Below are positions 1-7,374 of a stretch of DNA of 8,353 bases, piece after piece (the first letter of the stretch is position 1; the number at the start of each line of letters is the position of its first letter). The stretch lies in IMG/VR virus record IMGVR_UViG_2877274432_000004; one strand, given 5' to 3'. Both the position numbers and the translations under genes were made by a program. The notes beneath the pieces were generated by a model. It saw only the letters and a program-made list of their open reading frames with translations, was not told the origin of the DNA and made no database searches. Source of the stretch: a virus. Its lineage: Duplodnaviria; Heunggongvirae; Uroviricota; Caudoviricetes.

Positions 1-1266
1 GTGACCAAAAAAACTAAGTCCTTATCACCAGCAGCGATAAAAAGCCTCCAGCGAAAAGCCAGCAACGAAAAAAAGGACCTTTTCATCACTGACGGCGAAG
101 GGCTGGAACTGGTGATTAAGCACAAAAGCGCCTCTTGCTTGTGGCGTTACCGCTACTACAAGCCACACACAAAAAAACGGGCCATGTTAAGCATTGGCGC
201 ATATCCAGAAATAAGCATTGCGGGCGCGCGAAAGATAAAAGACGAATACAGGGCGCTTCTTTCTGGTGGCATTGACCCAAAAGAGCACAGAGAGAAACAG
301 CGCCTTAGTGAAGTGATGAAGAGAGAGAACACCTTCAGGCATGTAGCTACGCTTTGGTTTGAACTTAAAAAAGGGCAAGGACTCGCAGAAGGCACACTAC
401 GCGATACATGGCGCTCGCTGGAGCGTAATGTATTCCCGTCAGTCGGCAACAGACCAGTAGCAGACCTGATCGCAAGCAACTTCATCGAAGCATTAAAACC
501 ATTAGCCGCCCAGGGGAAATTAGATACCGTCAGAAGAACGGCGCAGCGAATCAATGAGGTCATGTATTACGCCGTTAATACCGGAATGATTACCGCGAAT
601 GCGGCATCACAGATAAACAAGGCATTTAACGCGCCGAGCGCTAAGAACATGCCAGCAATACGCCCTGAAGAACTCCCCGATTTTATGCAGAAGCTGGCAA
701 CGGCACGAGTGGAACGACAAACGCGACTGGTTATTGAGTGGCAGTTACTGACAATTTGCCGACCAGGTGAAGCAGCTGGCGCGCGCTGGTGTGAGATTGA
801 TTTTGAGGCGAAGGAATGGCGCATACCAGAGCACAGACTTAAACAACGCAGGGAACACGTAATACCACTCTCGAAGCAGGCGTTAGCCATTCTGGATGTC
901 ATGAAGCCAATAAGCGGTCATCGTGAGTTTATATTTCCACACAACAGCGACCCGCAGCGCCCTATGTGCACACAAACAGCAAACGCAGCAATAAAACGCA
1001 TGGGTTTTGGTCGGCGGCTGGTTGCTCATGGCTTGCGCTCAATAGCAAGTACCGCACTTAACGAGCAAGGTTTTGACTCTGACGTAATCGAGGCGGCATT
1101 GTCACACATAGACAAAAACGAGGTTCGCCGCGCGTACAACCGCTCAACCTATCTCGAGCAGCGACGCCCGTTAATGGCGTGGTGGGGGAATTTTGTAGAG
1201 GCAGCCGCAAGCGGGAGCGTAAGCGCCACAGGTGGCTATCGTGGGTTAAAAATGGTTAACGGTTAA
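1..1266 (+). CDS. int: Tyrosine recombinase / site-specific integrase, P4-type; possibly 5'-partial because the ORF starts with GTG at window position 1
   Basis: 421-codon ORF. C-terminal catalytic signatures: H-G-L-R in VAHGLRSIAS (nt ~1021-1050) and the nucleophile Tyr in RRAYNRSTY (nt ~1126-1152). N-terminal region (FITDGEGLELVIK ... WRYRYY) resembles the P4-integrase arm-binding domain. Recognised by eye, not searched. Confidence 0.9.
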   Translation: MTKKTKSLSPAAIKSLQRKASNEKKDLFITDGEGLELVIKHKSASCLWRYRYYKPHTKKRAMLSIGAYPEISIAGARKIKDEYRALLSGGIDPKEHREKQRLSEVMKRENTFRHVATLWFELKKGQGLAEGTLRDTWRSLERNVFPSVGNRPVADLIASNFIEALKPLAAQGKLDTVRRTAQRINEVMYYAVNTGMITANAASQINKAFNAPSAKNMPAIRPEELPDFMQKLATARVERQTRLVIEWQLLTICRPGEAAGARWCEIDFEAKEWRIPEHRLKQRREHVIPLSKQALAILDVMKPISGHREFIFPHNSDPQRPMCTQTANAAIKRMGFGRRLVAHGLRSIASTALNEQGFDSDVIEAALSHIDKNEVRRAYNRSTYLEQRRPLMAWWGNFVEAAASGSVSATGGYRGLKMVNG

Positions 1267-1270
1267 GGGC

Positions 1271-2167
1271 ATGACAAACAAAAAGATAAACCTTCCTGAA
1301 AGGGATTATTACCCGTTAGACAAGGCAGCCAGAAGGCTTGGGTGTGACGTTGATGATTTGATTCACTTCATCGCTACAGGGAAGATGTGTTTTTGGTACC
1401 GTCATCACATAGACGAGGTTTTGACATTACATAATTATAAAAACGCATTTAATAGTGTATCAGCATCAGATTATTATTATGAAAATGATGAAGGCGTATT
1501 CATCAGAGCAACCGACATATTAAAATTACTTGAATTCTCATCTTTTGGTGAAAAAATAATAACCGATGAAGAACAGCTAACGGAAAAGATATTTTTTAAT
1601 TGCTGTGGCGGTTATTCTGAAACAGATATTTTTATATACAACTATCATGGATATAAACAAAGAAAAATCAGAACACAGTTACCACATAAAATCAGGGTTG
1701 TGGCTTCAGGACTTTTACAGGTATTTAATACAAGCATTGATATAGAGAATCTATCAAATGACGTCACAGATTGTTATGTGCGACGCATCGTTATAGCAGA
1801 TAAAGGAAAAGAACCAAAGATAACAATAAATTTATATGGCAAAACAATAAATATTAGTGACATTTTCATCTCAAAAGAAGAGATAAAAATAGTAATGAAC
1901 GGCGGCAGACAACCAGGAGATATGGTAAAGGATTTTTCAGATAAACACGCCTTGTCGCATTCGCAGAGTAAGAAAACAACCAATCTTCAGGCCAGAGTTA
2001 TCAAAAGACTAATCACCGCCATAGCCGGAGAAGAAGAGGCAGCAAACCCAAGAAGAGCGCTTGAGAACGGTCACAGCAAGTTAAGCCGCGCACTAACCAA
2101 AGCAGGGGTTGAAATTGGCGCAACCCCTTCATCTGTTGGTAAGTGGCTTGCAGACGTTGACGACTGA
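1271..2167 (+). CDS. Hypothetical protein, 298 aa, AT-rich cargo gene directly downstream of int; possible N-terminal HTH; function unknown
   Basis: Long ORF starting 4 nt after the int stop (weak SD AAGGG). Central part about 22-28% G+C in hand-counted 60-nt samples (1441-1500, 1801-1860) versus about 48% in int (1021-1080). Followed by a strong intrinsic terminator. No family recognised. Confidence 0.7.
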   Translation: MTNKKINLPERDYYPLDKAARRLGCDVDDLIHFIATGKMCFWYRHHIDEVLTLHNYKNAFNSVSASDYYYENDEGVFIRATDILKLLEFSSFGEKIITDEEQLTEKIFFNCCGGYSETDIFIYNYHGYKQRKIRTQLPHKIRVVASGLLQVFNTSIDIENLSNDVTDCYVRRIVIADKGKEPKITINLYGKTINISDIFISKEEIKIVMNGGRQPGDMVKDFSDKHALSHSQSKKTTNLQARVIKRLITAIAGEEEAANPRRALENGHSKLSRALTKAGVEIGATPSSVGKWLADVDD

Positions 2168-2188
2168 CAGACTTCTGAACACATGACC

Positions 2189-2212
2189 GCCCGTAATATT
2201 ACGGGCTTTTTT
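2189..2212 (+). terminator. Rho-independent terminator closing the int-ORF2 transcription unit
   Basis: Hairpin GCCCGTAA-TAT-TTACGGGC (7-8 bp stem) at 2189-2206 followed by TTTTTT at 2207-2212, 22 nt after the ORF2 stop. Confidence 0.7.
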
Positions 2213-2304
2213 CGTAATATTGCGCAATACCGACATTAACCATGTTTGCATATCCTTAAGCAAGTTTAGGCAAGTTATCGCCTGAAACAAAAGGAAAGCA
2301 AAGC

Positions 2305-2508
2305 ATGAACATCACAGAAAAGAAAATCCTTACAAAACGAGAAGTCGCAAATCTTCTTCGCCTTAGTACAACAAGCATTGACACAATGGTTAAGGCTGGT
2401 GAGTTTATTCCTGGCTTTAAGCGTGGATTGCGTCGCGTTGGCTGGTTTGAGGATGAGGTGAAATCATGGCTTGAGAAGAAAGTAGAGGAGCGTTATCAGC
2501 AGGAATAA
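2305..2508 (+). CDS. alpA: AlpA-family (prophage CP4-57-type) HTH transcriptional regulator / excision activator
   Basis: 67-aa ORF with SD AAAGGAAAG upstream. Sequence pattern (REVANLLRLS ... VGWFEDEVKSWL) is typical of AlpA-type small DNA-binding proteins. Position after int matches CP4-57-like and PICI-like islands. Confidence 0.8.
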   Translation: MNITEKKILTKREVANLLRLSTTSIDTMVKAGEFIPGFKRGLRRVGWFEDEVKSWLEKKVEERYQQE

Positions 2509-2851
2509 TAAATTTCCATGTGTGACATATAAAAGCCACCAGCGCAGAAAATAAAACGCCTCACGTTATGCAAAACGGGTTAACCATCGTGATGCCTTGC
2601 CGCATTCAATTAACGGCAGGTAAAAAAATACCCGCAATGCAATAACACTACGGGCCATTAACGTAATATAAGGAGTTAACCGATGTGTATTGTATACAGT
2701 CGTGTGCATATTGTCACAGGCAACAGGCATCCGCGCCAAATACCCGCCAGAGAAAATCAGTTGATCGCCAGTATCAAAAATGGCTATGATTCCCGCACAC
2801 CTTATAAAACGGGTGTCGGGATTAGGACCCCGCTGACAATCGAGGCGATAC

Positions 2852-2874
2852 AGACGCCGAACGCGTCTTTTTTT
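2852..2874 (+). terminator. Intrinsic terminator-like hairpin plus U-run upstream of the first structured leader
   Basis: AGACGC-CGAAC-GCGTCT hairpin (2852-2868) followed by a 7-T run (2868-2874). It lies inside an open frame that starts at ATG 2683. Confidence 0.5.
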
Positions 2875-2933
2875 GTATCGGCGCACACGCACACCTTATC
2901 AATGGTGGGCTGTATGGGGCTGACTTCGGTCAG

Positions 2934-2955
2934 GCTGGTTCCCTTGATTGCCAGT
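2934..2955 (+). promoter_or_regulatory. Leader hairpin 1 (stem GCTGG/CCAGT, 12-nt loop) whose loop is complementary to the SD region of the downstream small ORF; candidate antisense/anti-SD RNA element
   Basis: Loop 9-mer CCTTGATTG (2942-2950) is the exact reverse complement of CAATCAAGG (3020-3028), which overlaps the SD AAGGAGG of the ORF starting at 3040. The stem and a downstream AACCCTGT block are conserved in the paralogous unit. Confidence 0.4.
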
Positions 2956-3039
2956 AGTCCTAACCCTGTACAGTCCACCGCCAGCGAGTTTAGGACCTCC
3001 GGCGGTGGTTACATTCCATCAATCAAGGAGGCTGCCATC

Positions 3040-3228
3040 ATGGCTACTACCCCTGCCCTCGTACATTCTCAGACAGCCTTTATCTGGCGTTTTATCACCT
3101 TTGGCACGTCAGAACGTCAAATCATCCACGTAACCGCCTGGACGGAACGCGAAGCGCGTAACCGTTGCCCGTCCGGTTTTGTCGCTGTATTCGCTGCCCG
3201 TATCCGTCAGGGGGTGAGTCATGCTTAA
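3040..3228 (+). CDS. Small protein (62 aa), paralog 1; Icd/Kil-like (phage cell-division-inhibitor-like) by recollection
   Basis: ATG at 3040 with strong SD AAGGAGG 7 nt upstream. The C-terminal 45 aa are clearly paralogous to the ORF ending at 3685 (FIWRF ... VTAxTEREAR ... VFAARIRQGVSHA versus FVWRF ... VTAATEHEAR ... VFVARIRQGVRHA). The ORF track's longer version starting at 2683 is judged to be leader, not protein. Confidence 0.55.
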   Translation: MATTPALVHSQTAFIWRFITFGTSERQIIHVTAWTEREARNRCPSGFVAVFAARIRQGVSHA

Positions 3229-3412
3229 AAACATGTTGCTCGCCTCTTCTTTCGGGCTGTATGATGCCGGAGTCGTCCACATGGCGACCGGGTTTGACAG
3301 CCTGAATACTACAGCGGACAGCCGCTTACATTCCGATATGCGGTTTTTTTGTGTCCGTAAGCCTACCCATACCCGCATTATGGCGGGGCGTAACGGGGGA
3401 GCCTTTGCGCTC

Positions 3413-3433
3413 GCTGGTTCCTGTAGTGCCAGT
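3413..3433 (+). promoter_or_regulatory. Leader hairpin 2 (same stem GCTGG/CCAGT, different loop) complementary to the SD region of the second small ORF
   Basis: Loop CCTGTAGTG (3420-3428) is the exact reverse complement of CACTACAGG (3496-3504), overlapping SD ACAGGAG of the ORF starting at 3515. Pairing extends to 13 bp with one G-U (3416-3428 versus 3496-3508). Confidence 0.4.
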
Positions 3434-3514
3434 CTGTCAACCCTGTTACGTCTCGCCACCATGTTTGACAGCGTAGTAGCGAGACTCCTTAATTTCACTA
3501 CAGGAGCCTTTCAC

Positions 3515-3685
3515 ATGGCTGTATCCGCACGCCCTTACTTTGTCTGGCGCTTTATGCAGTGCCACCACAGCAACATCGATGTATTCACCGTTACCGCTGC
3601 CACTGAGCACGAAGCACGCGCCCAGCTGCCGCACGCACATCTTGTTTTTGTCGCCCGTATCCGTCAGGGGGTACGTCATGCGTGA
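3515..3685 (+). CDS. Small protein (56 aa), paralog 2 of the Icd/Kil-like ORF
   Basis: ATG at 3515 with SD ACAGGAG. C-terminal region paralogous to 3040-3228. Stop overlaps the next start (ATGCGTGA). The ORF track's longer version starting at 3221 is judged to be leader. Confidence 0.55.
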   Translation: MAVSARPYFVWRFMQCHHSNIDVFTVTAATEHEARAQLPHAHLVFVARIRQGVRHA

Positions 3686-3992
3686 TGTGTGTAACACCAG
3701 AATACTTGAACAACTGGTTACAACCATAAAAGCAGCTGACGCACGGGAAGCGAGAGCGATGTTTGATGATGCTGACTTCTACGCCCGCAAATTGCTTGAT
3801 GGGCTGGCTATCACAGGGCGCTTACTTTCTGGCATGAGTGACAGCATTGATCCTGACATGGACGAACTACGCAGCCTTGGCGATTCCATCGCTGTTACGG
3901 CTGAGCTGATATCTGCATTCAGTGAGGTTGTGGAGGTGTACAACTGGCGTTGCCGTAACGGAGATATCAGGGCTGATTATCGCCATTCGTGA
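3678..3992 (+). CDS. Hypothetical acidic protein (104 aa), translationally coupled to the preceding small ORF
   Basis: ATG 3678 overlaps the stop of the upstream ORF (ATGCGTGA). Continuous ORF to 3992. No family recognised. Confidence 0.5.
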   Translation: MRDVCNTRILEQLVTTIKAADAREARAMFDDADFYARKLLDGLAITGRLLSGMSDSIDPDMDELRSLGDSIAVTAELISAFSEVVEVYNWRCRNGDIRADYRHS

Positions 3993-4066
3993 TAAGGCAA
4001 CGACAGGCACAGCTAACCGCATTTATGCAGCAACAGCGTAACTGACCAGAACAAAAGGATAAAAAA

Positions 4067-4366
4067 ATGAACATGAAAAAAACTGGCTTAACTGCCAGCG
4101 GCAAACCTCGCCCTGAATTTAAGCGCGGTGATATTTACCGCGACCAGTACGGTGGCACGGTAATGATTAAGGGCGTGGCGGGGCGGTGCGTCAACTACCG
4201 CCGTAAAGGCTACGAATATGATTGCGTGATGCCTGTTTATCAGTTTTCCCGTGATTTTTCTCTGGTGCAGGCGGTACCGCGTAACGTGCCCACCAGCAAC
4301 GTAAAGGCACTGGCAAAAATACAGAAGATGAAAAAGATGATTAACGCATTCAGGGGCAAGAAATGA
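4067..4366 (+). CDS. Hypothetical basic protein (99 aa), coupled to the replication gene
   Basis: SD AAAGGA upstream of ATG 4067. The stop overlaps the start of the downstream replicase (ATGA at 4363-4366). No family recognised. Confidence 0.6.
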   Translation: MNMKKTGLTASGKPRPEFKRGDIYRDQYGGTVMIKGVAGRCVNYRRKGYEYDCVMPVYQFSRDFSLVQAVPRNVPTSNVKALAKIQKMKKMINAFRGKK

Positions 4367-5763
4367 AAAGCGCACCGAACTTAAAAAAACAGCCTTACGA
4401 CAAAATGACCGAGGTCATTATTTTTGCGGGTGGTGATGCCTGGGCACACGCGAAGCAGTGGCAGGAGCAGGAGGGGCGACTTGCTGGCGATAATGTGCCA
4501 CCTGTATGGCTTGGGGAGCAGCAACTTGCAGAACTGACAGACATGAGAATCATCGACGAGGGCCGCTATTGCGTCCGGCTGTACAAAGCAGGCCATATCA
4601 GACCATCAAATATTAATGCCATTGCGCACAAGCTGGCAGCGGCAGGTGTACAGGATGCGAATTATTACCCCGATGGGATGCACAGCCAGAAGCGGGAGAA
4701 CTGGCGCGAATATCTGGAACGGGAGCGCGGTAATAAGCCAGTGGAAGAAAAAAGCCACCAGCGAAACACCACGCTACCGATGAGCGTTGGATCTGCCGGA
4801 TATGACACGCAACTGGATTACGTGGTTAAGGGGATTATTCCGGCGGTATCGCTGTGCAGCATATACGGGGCGAGCGGTTCCTATAAATCGTTCCTTGCGG
4901 GTTCGTGGGCGTGTCACGTTTCCACGGGCCGCCAGTGGGGAGGCCGCAGGGTTGCGCATGGTGCGGTTCTCTATGTGGTTGGTGAAGGCGGTATCGGCGT
5001 TCCGCGTCGTGTAAAAGCCTGGGAGGTTGTGCACGGTGAGCAGGTGAAAAATCTGTATCTGGTAAACCGTCCCATCTTTCCTGCCGCCTCGCTTGATGTT
5101 GATGAAATGGTTATCGCTGCCCGCCAGGTGGAACGGGAAACGGGTAAACCGGTTCGAATGATTATTCTGGATACGCTGGCGCGTTGCTTTGGCGGCAATG
5201 ATGAAAATGATTCCCGTGATATGGGGGCGTTTATCCGTGGGTGTGACGAACTGAAACGGCGCACAGGGGCAACGGTGCTGGTGGTTCATCATTCCGGCAA
5301 GGATGAAACAAAGGGGGCGCGTGGTTCCAGTGCATTCCGTGCATCACTGGACGCCGAATACCGGATACGCAGGGAGGACGCAGGAAGCGAATCGCTGGTT
5401 ATCTCATGTACCAAAATGAAGGACGCGGAGGAACTCAAAGAAGCTGCCTACGATTTGCGGGTAGTTGAGCTTTTTAACGACGCTGACGGGGAGTTAATCA
5501 CGTCTCTGGTGGTGGTGGATGAGCCGCGCCATCCCGTTGAACCGGAGCGCATCGAGGAGGCAGGGAACAAGACGGAAAACCATACCGCGCTATGGGGGTG
5601 CATCCGTTCGCGCACACAGAACGGCGACAGGTGCACGATCCCGCTGTTACGTGATGACATGAAAAAACTGGGGTACGAAATGAAAAACTTCCGGCGCTGG
5701 CTGTACAAGCTGGAAAAAGACAGGGTTATCCGTATCGATGGGGATGATGTAACGCCGCTATAA
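4363..5763 (+). CDS. Replication initiator ATPase / helicase, RecA-fold (RepA / AAA_25-like), with N-terminal domain of unknown function
   Basis: 466-aa ORF. Walker A GASGSYKS (nt ~4868-4891), Walker-B-like MIILDTLARCF (nt ~5155-5187) and VLVVHHSGK typical of RepA/DnaB-like RecA-fold ATPases. An iteron-rich putative ori lies immediately downstream. Confidence 0.8.
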   Translation: MKSAPNLKKQPYDKMTEVIIFAGGDAWAHAKQWQEQEGRLAGDNVPPVWLGEQQLAELTDMRIIDEGRYCVRLYKAGHIRPSNINAIAHKLAAAGVQDANYYPDGMHSQKRENWREYLERERGNKPVEEKSHQRNTTLPMSVGSAGYDTQLDYVVKGIIPAVSLCSIYGASGSYKSFLAGSWACHVSTGRQWGGRRVAHGAVLYVVGEGGIGVPRRVKAWEVVHGEQVKNLYLVNRPIFPAASLDVDEMVIAARQVERETGKPVRMIILDTLARCFGGNDENDSRDMGAFIRGCDELKRRTGATVLVVHHSGKDETKGARGSSAFRASLDAEYRIRREDAGSESLVISCTKMKDAEELKEAAYDLRVVELFNDADGELITSLVVVDEPRHPVEPERIEEAGNKTENHTALWGCIRSRTQNGDRCTIPLLRDDMKKLGYEMKNFRRWLYKLEKDRVIRIDGDDVTPL

Positions 5764-5975
5764 AAGTGAGGTGCAAAAGTGAGGGGTATAGAAGGAGGGC
5801 CAAAATAAGGCCGCCCTCCCTCACTTTCTCACCTGTATATAGGCAAAAAAGTGAGTAGTAAAAAATTACATATAAAACACACACATAAAAATACTAAAAA
5901 TCTCAAGCGAGGAGAGGCAAGGAGAGGCGAGCGATTCTAAAAAGTGAGTAAAAAAAGTGGGTAGTAGTGAGGAAA
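5762..5975. repeat. Putative origin of replication: AAAGTGAG(G/T) iterons in both orientations flanking an AT-rich tract, plus GGAGAGGC direct repeats
   Basis: AAAAGTGAGG at 5762 and 5775. Inverted copy inside CCCTCCCTCACTTTCTCACC (5815-5834). AAAAAGTGAGTAG at 5845. AAAGTGAGTA / AAAGTGGGTAG / TAGTGAGG at 5941-5971. AT-rich tract around 5860-5905. GGAGAGGC at 5911, 5921 and 6012. Inverted repeat GGAGGGC ... GCCCTCC at 5794-5819. Confidence 0.5.
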
Positions 5976-6025
5976 CGACAAAAAAACACAAAGCAGAGCA
6001 GCACAAAAACAGGAGAGGCAGCAGC

Positions 6026-6436
6026 ATGACAGCACAGATAGCAGCTTACGGGCGGCTGGTAGACGACCCGCAGGTAAAACAGACCAGCAAGGGAACACCG
6101 ATGACGCTGGCGCGTATGACGGTATCGCTGCCATGCAGTCAGGCGCAGGACGGGCAGGCGACGTTATGGCTGTCGGTCCTGGCATTTGGCAAACAAGCCG
6201 ACCAACTGGCAGGACATGAGAAAGGCAACGTAATCAGTGTATCCGGTGTGATGCAGGTAAGCCAGTGGACCGGACAGAACGGGGAAACGCGGCAGGGTTA
6301 TCAGGTCATTGCAGACAGCGTAATCAGTGCGAAAACGGCGCGACCAGGTGGCAACAGACGCAGGACCACAGGCACACAGGGTAATCAGCCACCAGCGGGA
6401 GGCGATGACCCTTATGGTGATGATATTCCGTTCTGA
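6026..6436 (+). CDS. ssb: Single-stranded DNA-binding protein (SSB) with acidic C-terminal DDIPF tail
   Basis: 136-aa ORF from ATG 6026 (SD AGGAGAGG, 7-nt spacer). OB-fold-like pattern (GRLVDDPQVK ... W ... AFGK) and a C-terminal ...DDPYGDDIPF matching the conserved SSB protein-interaction tail. The ORF-track start at 5957 is probably too early. Confidence 0.8.
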   Translation: MTAQIAAYGRLVDDPQVKQTSKGTPMTLARMTVSLPCSQAQDGQATLWLSVLAFGKQADQLAGHEKGNVISVSGVMQVSQWTGQNGETRQGYQVIADSVISAKTARPGGNRRRTTGTQGNQPPAGGDDPYGDDIPF

Positions 6437-6446
6437 GGGGAGAACG

Positions 6447-6719
6447 ATGGTACATGACCGCATAGTGGAAGAACTGGAGTCGAAAGGCTTTTACCGGAGA
6501 GCGGCGGCGCGATGGGCCGAAGTTATGATGCTGGTGGAGACAGACAGGGAACGCGAACGGGTGGCAATGCGCAGGGCAGAGTGTTACGGGAAGGCACAGA
6601 GGCCACCGGAGCCGCCAGAGGAGAACTACGCAGACCTGAGGAAAGCAGTAAACCGCACTTACGCAGAAATGGGGATAGGAGGGAGATGTAAAAAAATCTG
6701 GCGTAGCTACCAGAAGTAA
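6447..6719 (+). CDS. PerC-like small transcriptional regulator (tentative)
   Basis: 90-aa ORF from ATG 6447 (SD GAGGGGA), starting 11 nt after the ssb stop. The motif FYRRAAARWAEVM resembles PerC-family proteins as I recall them. The ORF-track start at 6327 overlaps ssb and is unlikely. Confidence 0.55.
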   Translation: MVHDRIVEELESKGFYRRAAARWAEVMMLVETDRERERVAMRRAECYGKAQRPPEPPEENYADLRKAVNRTYAEMGIGGRCKKIWRSYQK

Positions 6720-6832
6720 GCACAGGACAGGAACAGTCAGCCGGATTTTCTGATTGTGTGCGTGTATATCGTTTTATCGCGACGTTAAATTAAACTGGTA
6801 TGACCAGATACACCAACATAAGAGGCTACCGG

Positions 6833-7240
6833 ATGAACGATCAAAACCATCACGCACCAAAAGACATTGAGCGGATTAAATTCATAAATGACATAGACGG
6901 CGGAGACAAACCCGGCGAGGCATGGTGTGATTCGCTTGCTGATATCGTGTCTCATTCAGTGGCTGAGCTTACCCGTAATGGCATGGAGCAGTCTGAAGCC
7001 TTCAGAATCGCCAAGCAGGTTGTTGCTGCAATCGCCTTCTATGCTGGTGGGCGAAGTCTTTACCTTCCAACAGGCAGATCACTTTTTGTAGCATTGCGCG
7101 AATACGAGATTTACCACAGGTGGGATAACGGCGAAAAATTACAGGAATTACGCAAAGAGTACGCAATATCAGAAACCCATATTTACGACATCATCCGGCG
7201 ACTAAGAAAGAAGCACGCCAATAAAATCACGCAAGACTAA
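6833..7240 (+). CDS. Mor-family (Mu middle-operon-regulator-like) transcriptional activator
   Basis: 135-aa ORF from ATG 6833 (SD AGAGG, 7-nt spacer); alternative start at 6800. C-terminal HTH-like region LREYEIYHRWDNGEKLQELRKEYAISETHIYDIIRRL is typical of Mor/C-type activators. Confidence 0.7.
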   Translation: MNDQNHHAPKDIERIKFINDIDGGDKPGEAWCDSLADIVSHSVAELTRNGMEQSEAFRIAKQVVAAIAFYAGGRSLYLPTGRSLFVALREYEIYHRWDNGEKLQELRKEYAISETHIYDIIRRLRKKHANKITQD

Positions 7241-7374
7241 CCACAGACACCAGCAGCAACCGTTATATTTGCGCCGCTATCGCAAAAATCCCCTTTCAGG
7301 GCATCCACTGATGCTACAAAACACCAAAACGCATCAGAGAGCGAATCAGGCGCTTTAATGGTGATTTGTTTTTT

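Noticed and set aside
156-902. Minus-strand ORFs (156-563, 187-378, 567-902) inside the integrase gene
   Set aside because: They lie wholly within a + strand ORF with clear tyrosine-recombinase motifs. The translations are low-complexity and lack start contexts; these are shadow ORFs.
2683-3228. Long versions of the small ORFs (181 aa from 2683; 154 aa from 3221)
   Set aside because: Only the C-terminal ~45 aa are conserved between the paralogs. The shared nucleotide block upstream is read in different frames in the two, and a terminator lies inside the first. The N-terminal extensions are more likely leader RNA; kept only as an alternative.
2566-3498. Minus-strand ORFs 2566-2892 and 3109-3498, and + strand ORF 2948-3133
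   Set aside because: The first reads through the A-run of the terminator (giving a KKRR stretch). All overlap the structured leader and small-ORF region, with no RBS and no recognisable domain.
4774-5292. Minus-strand ORFs (4774-5292, 4971-5264, 5448-5708) and + ORF 4787-5014 inside the replicase gene
   Set aside because: They overlap the Walker A/B-containing + strand ORF. Arg/Ser/Pro-rich translations are typical of antisense or off-frame reading of GC-normal coding DNA.
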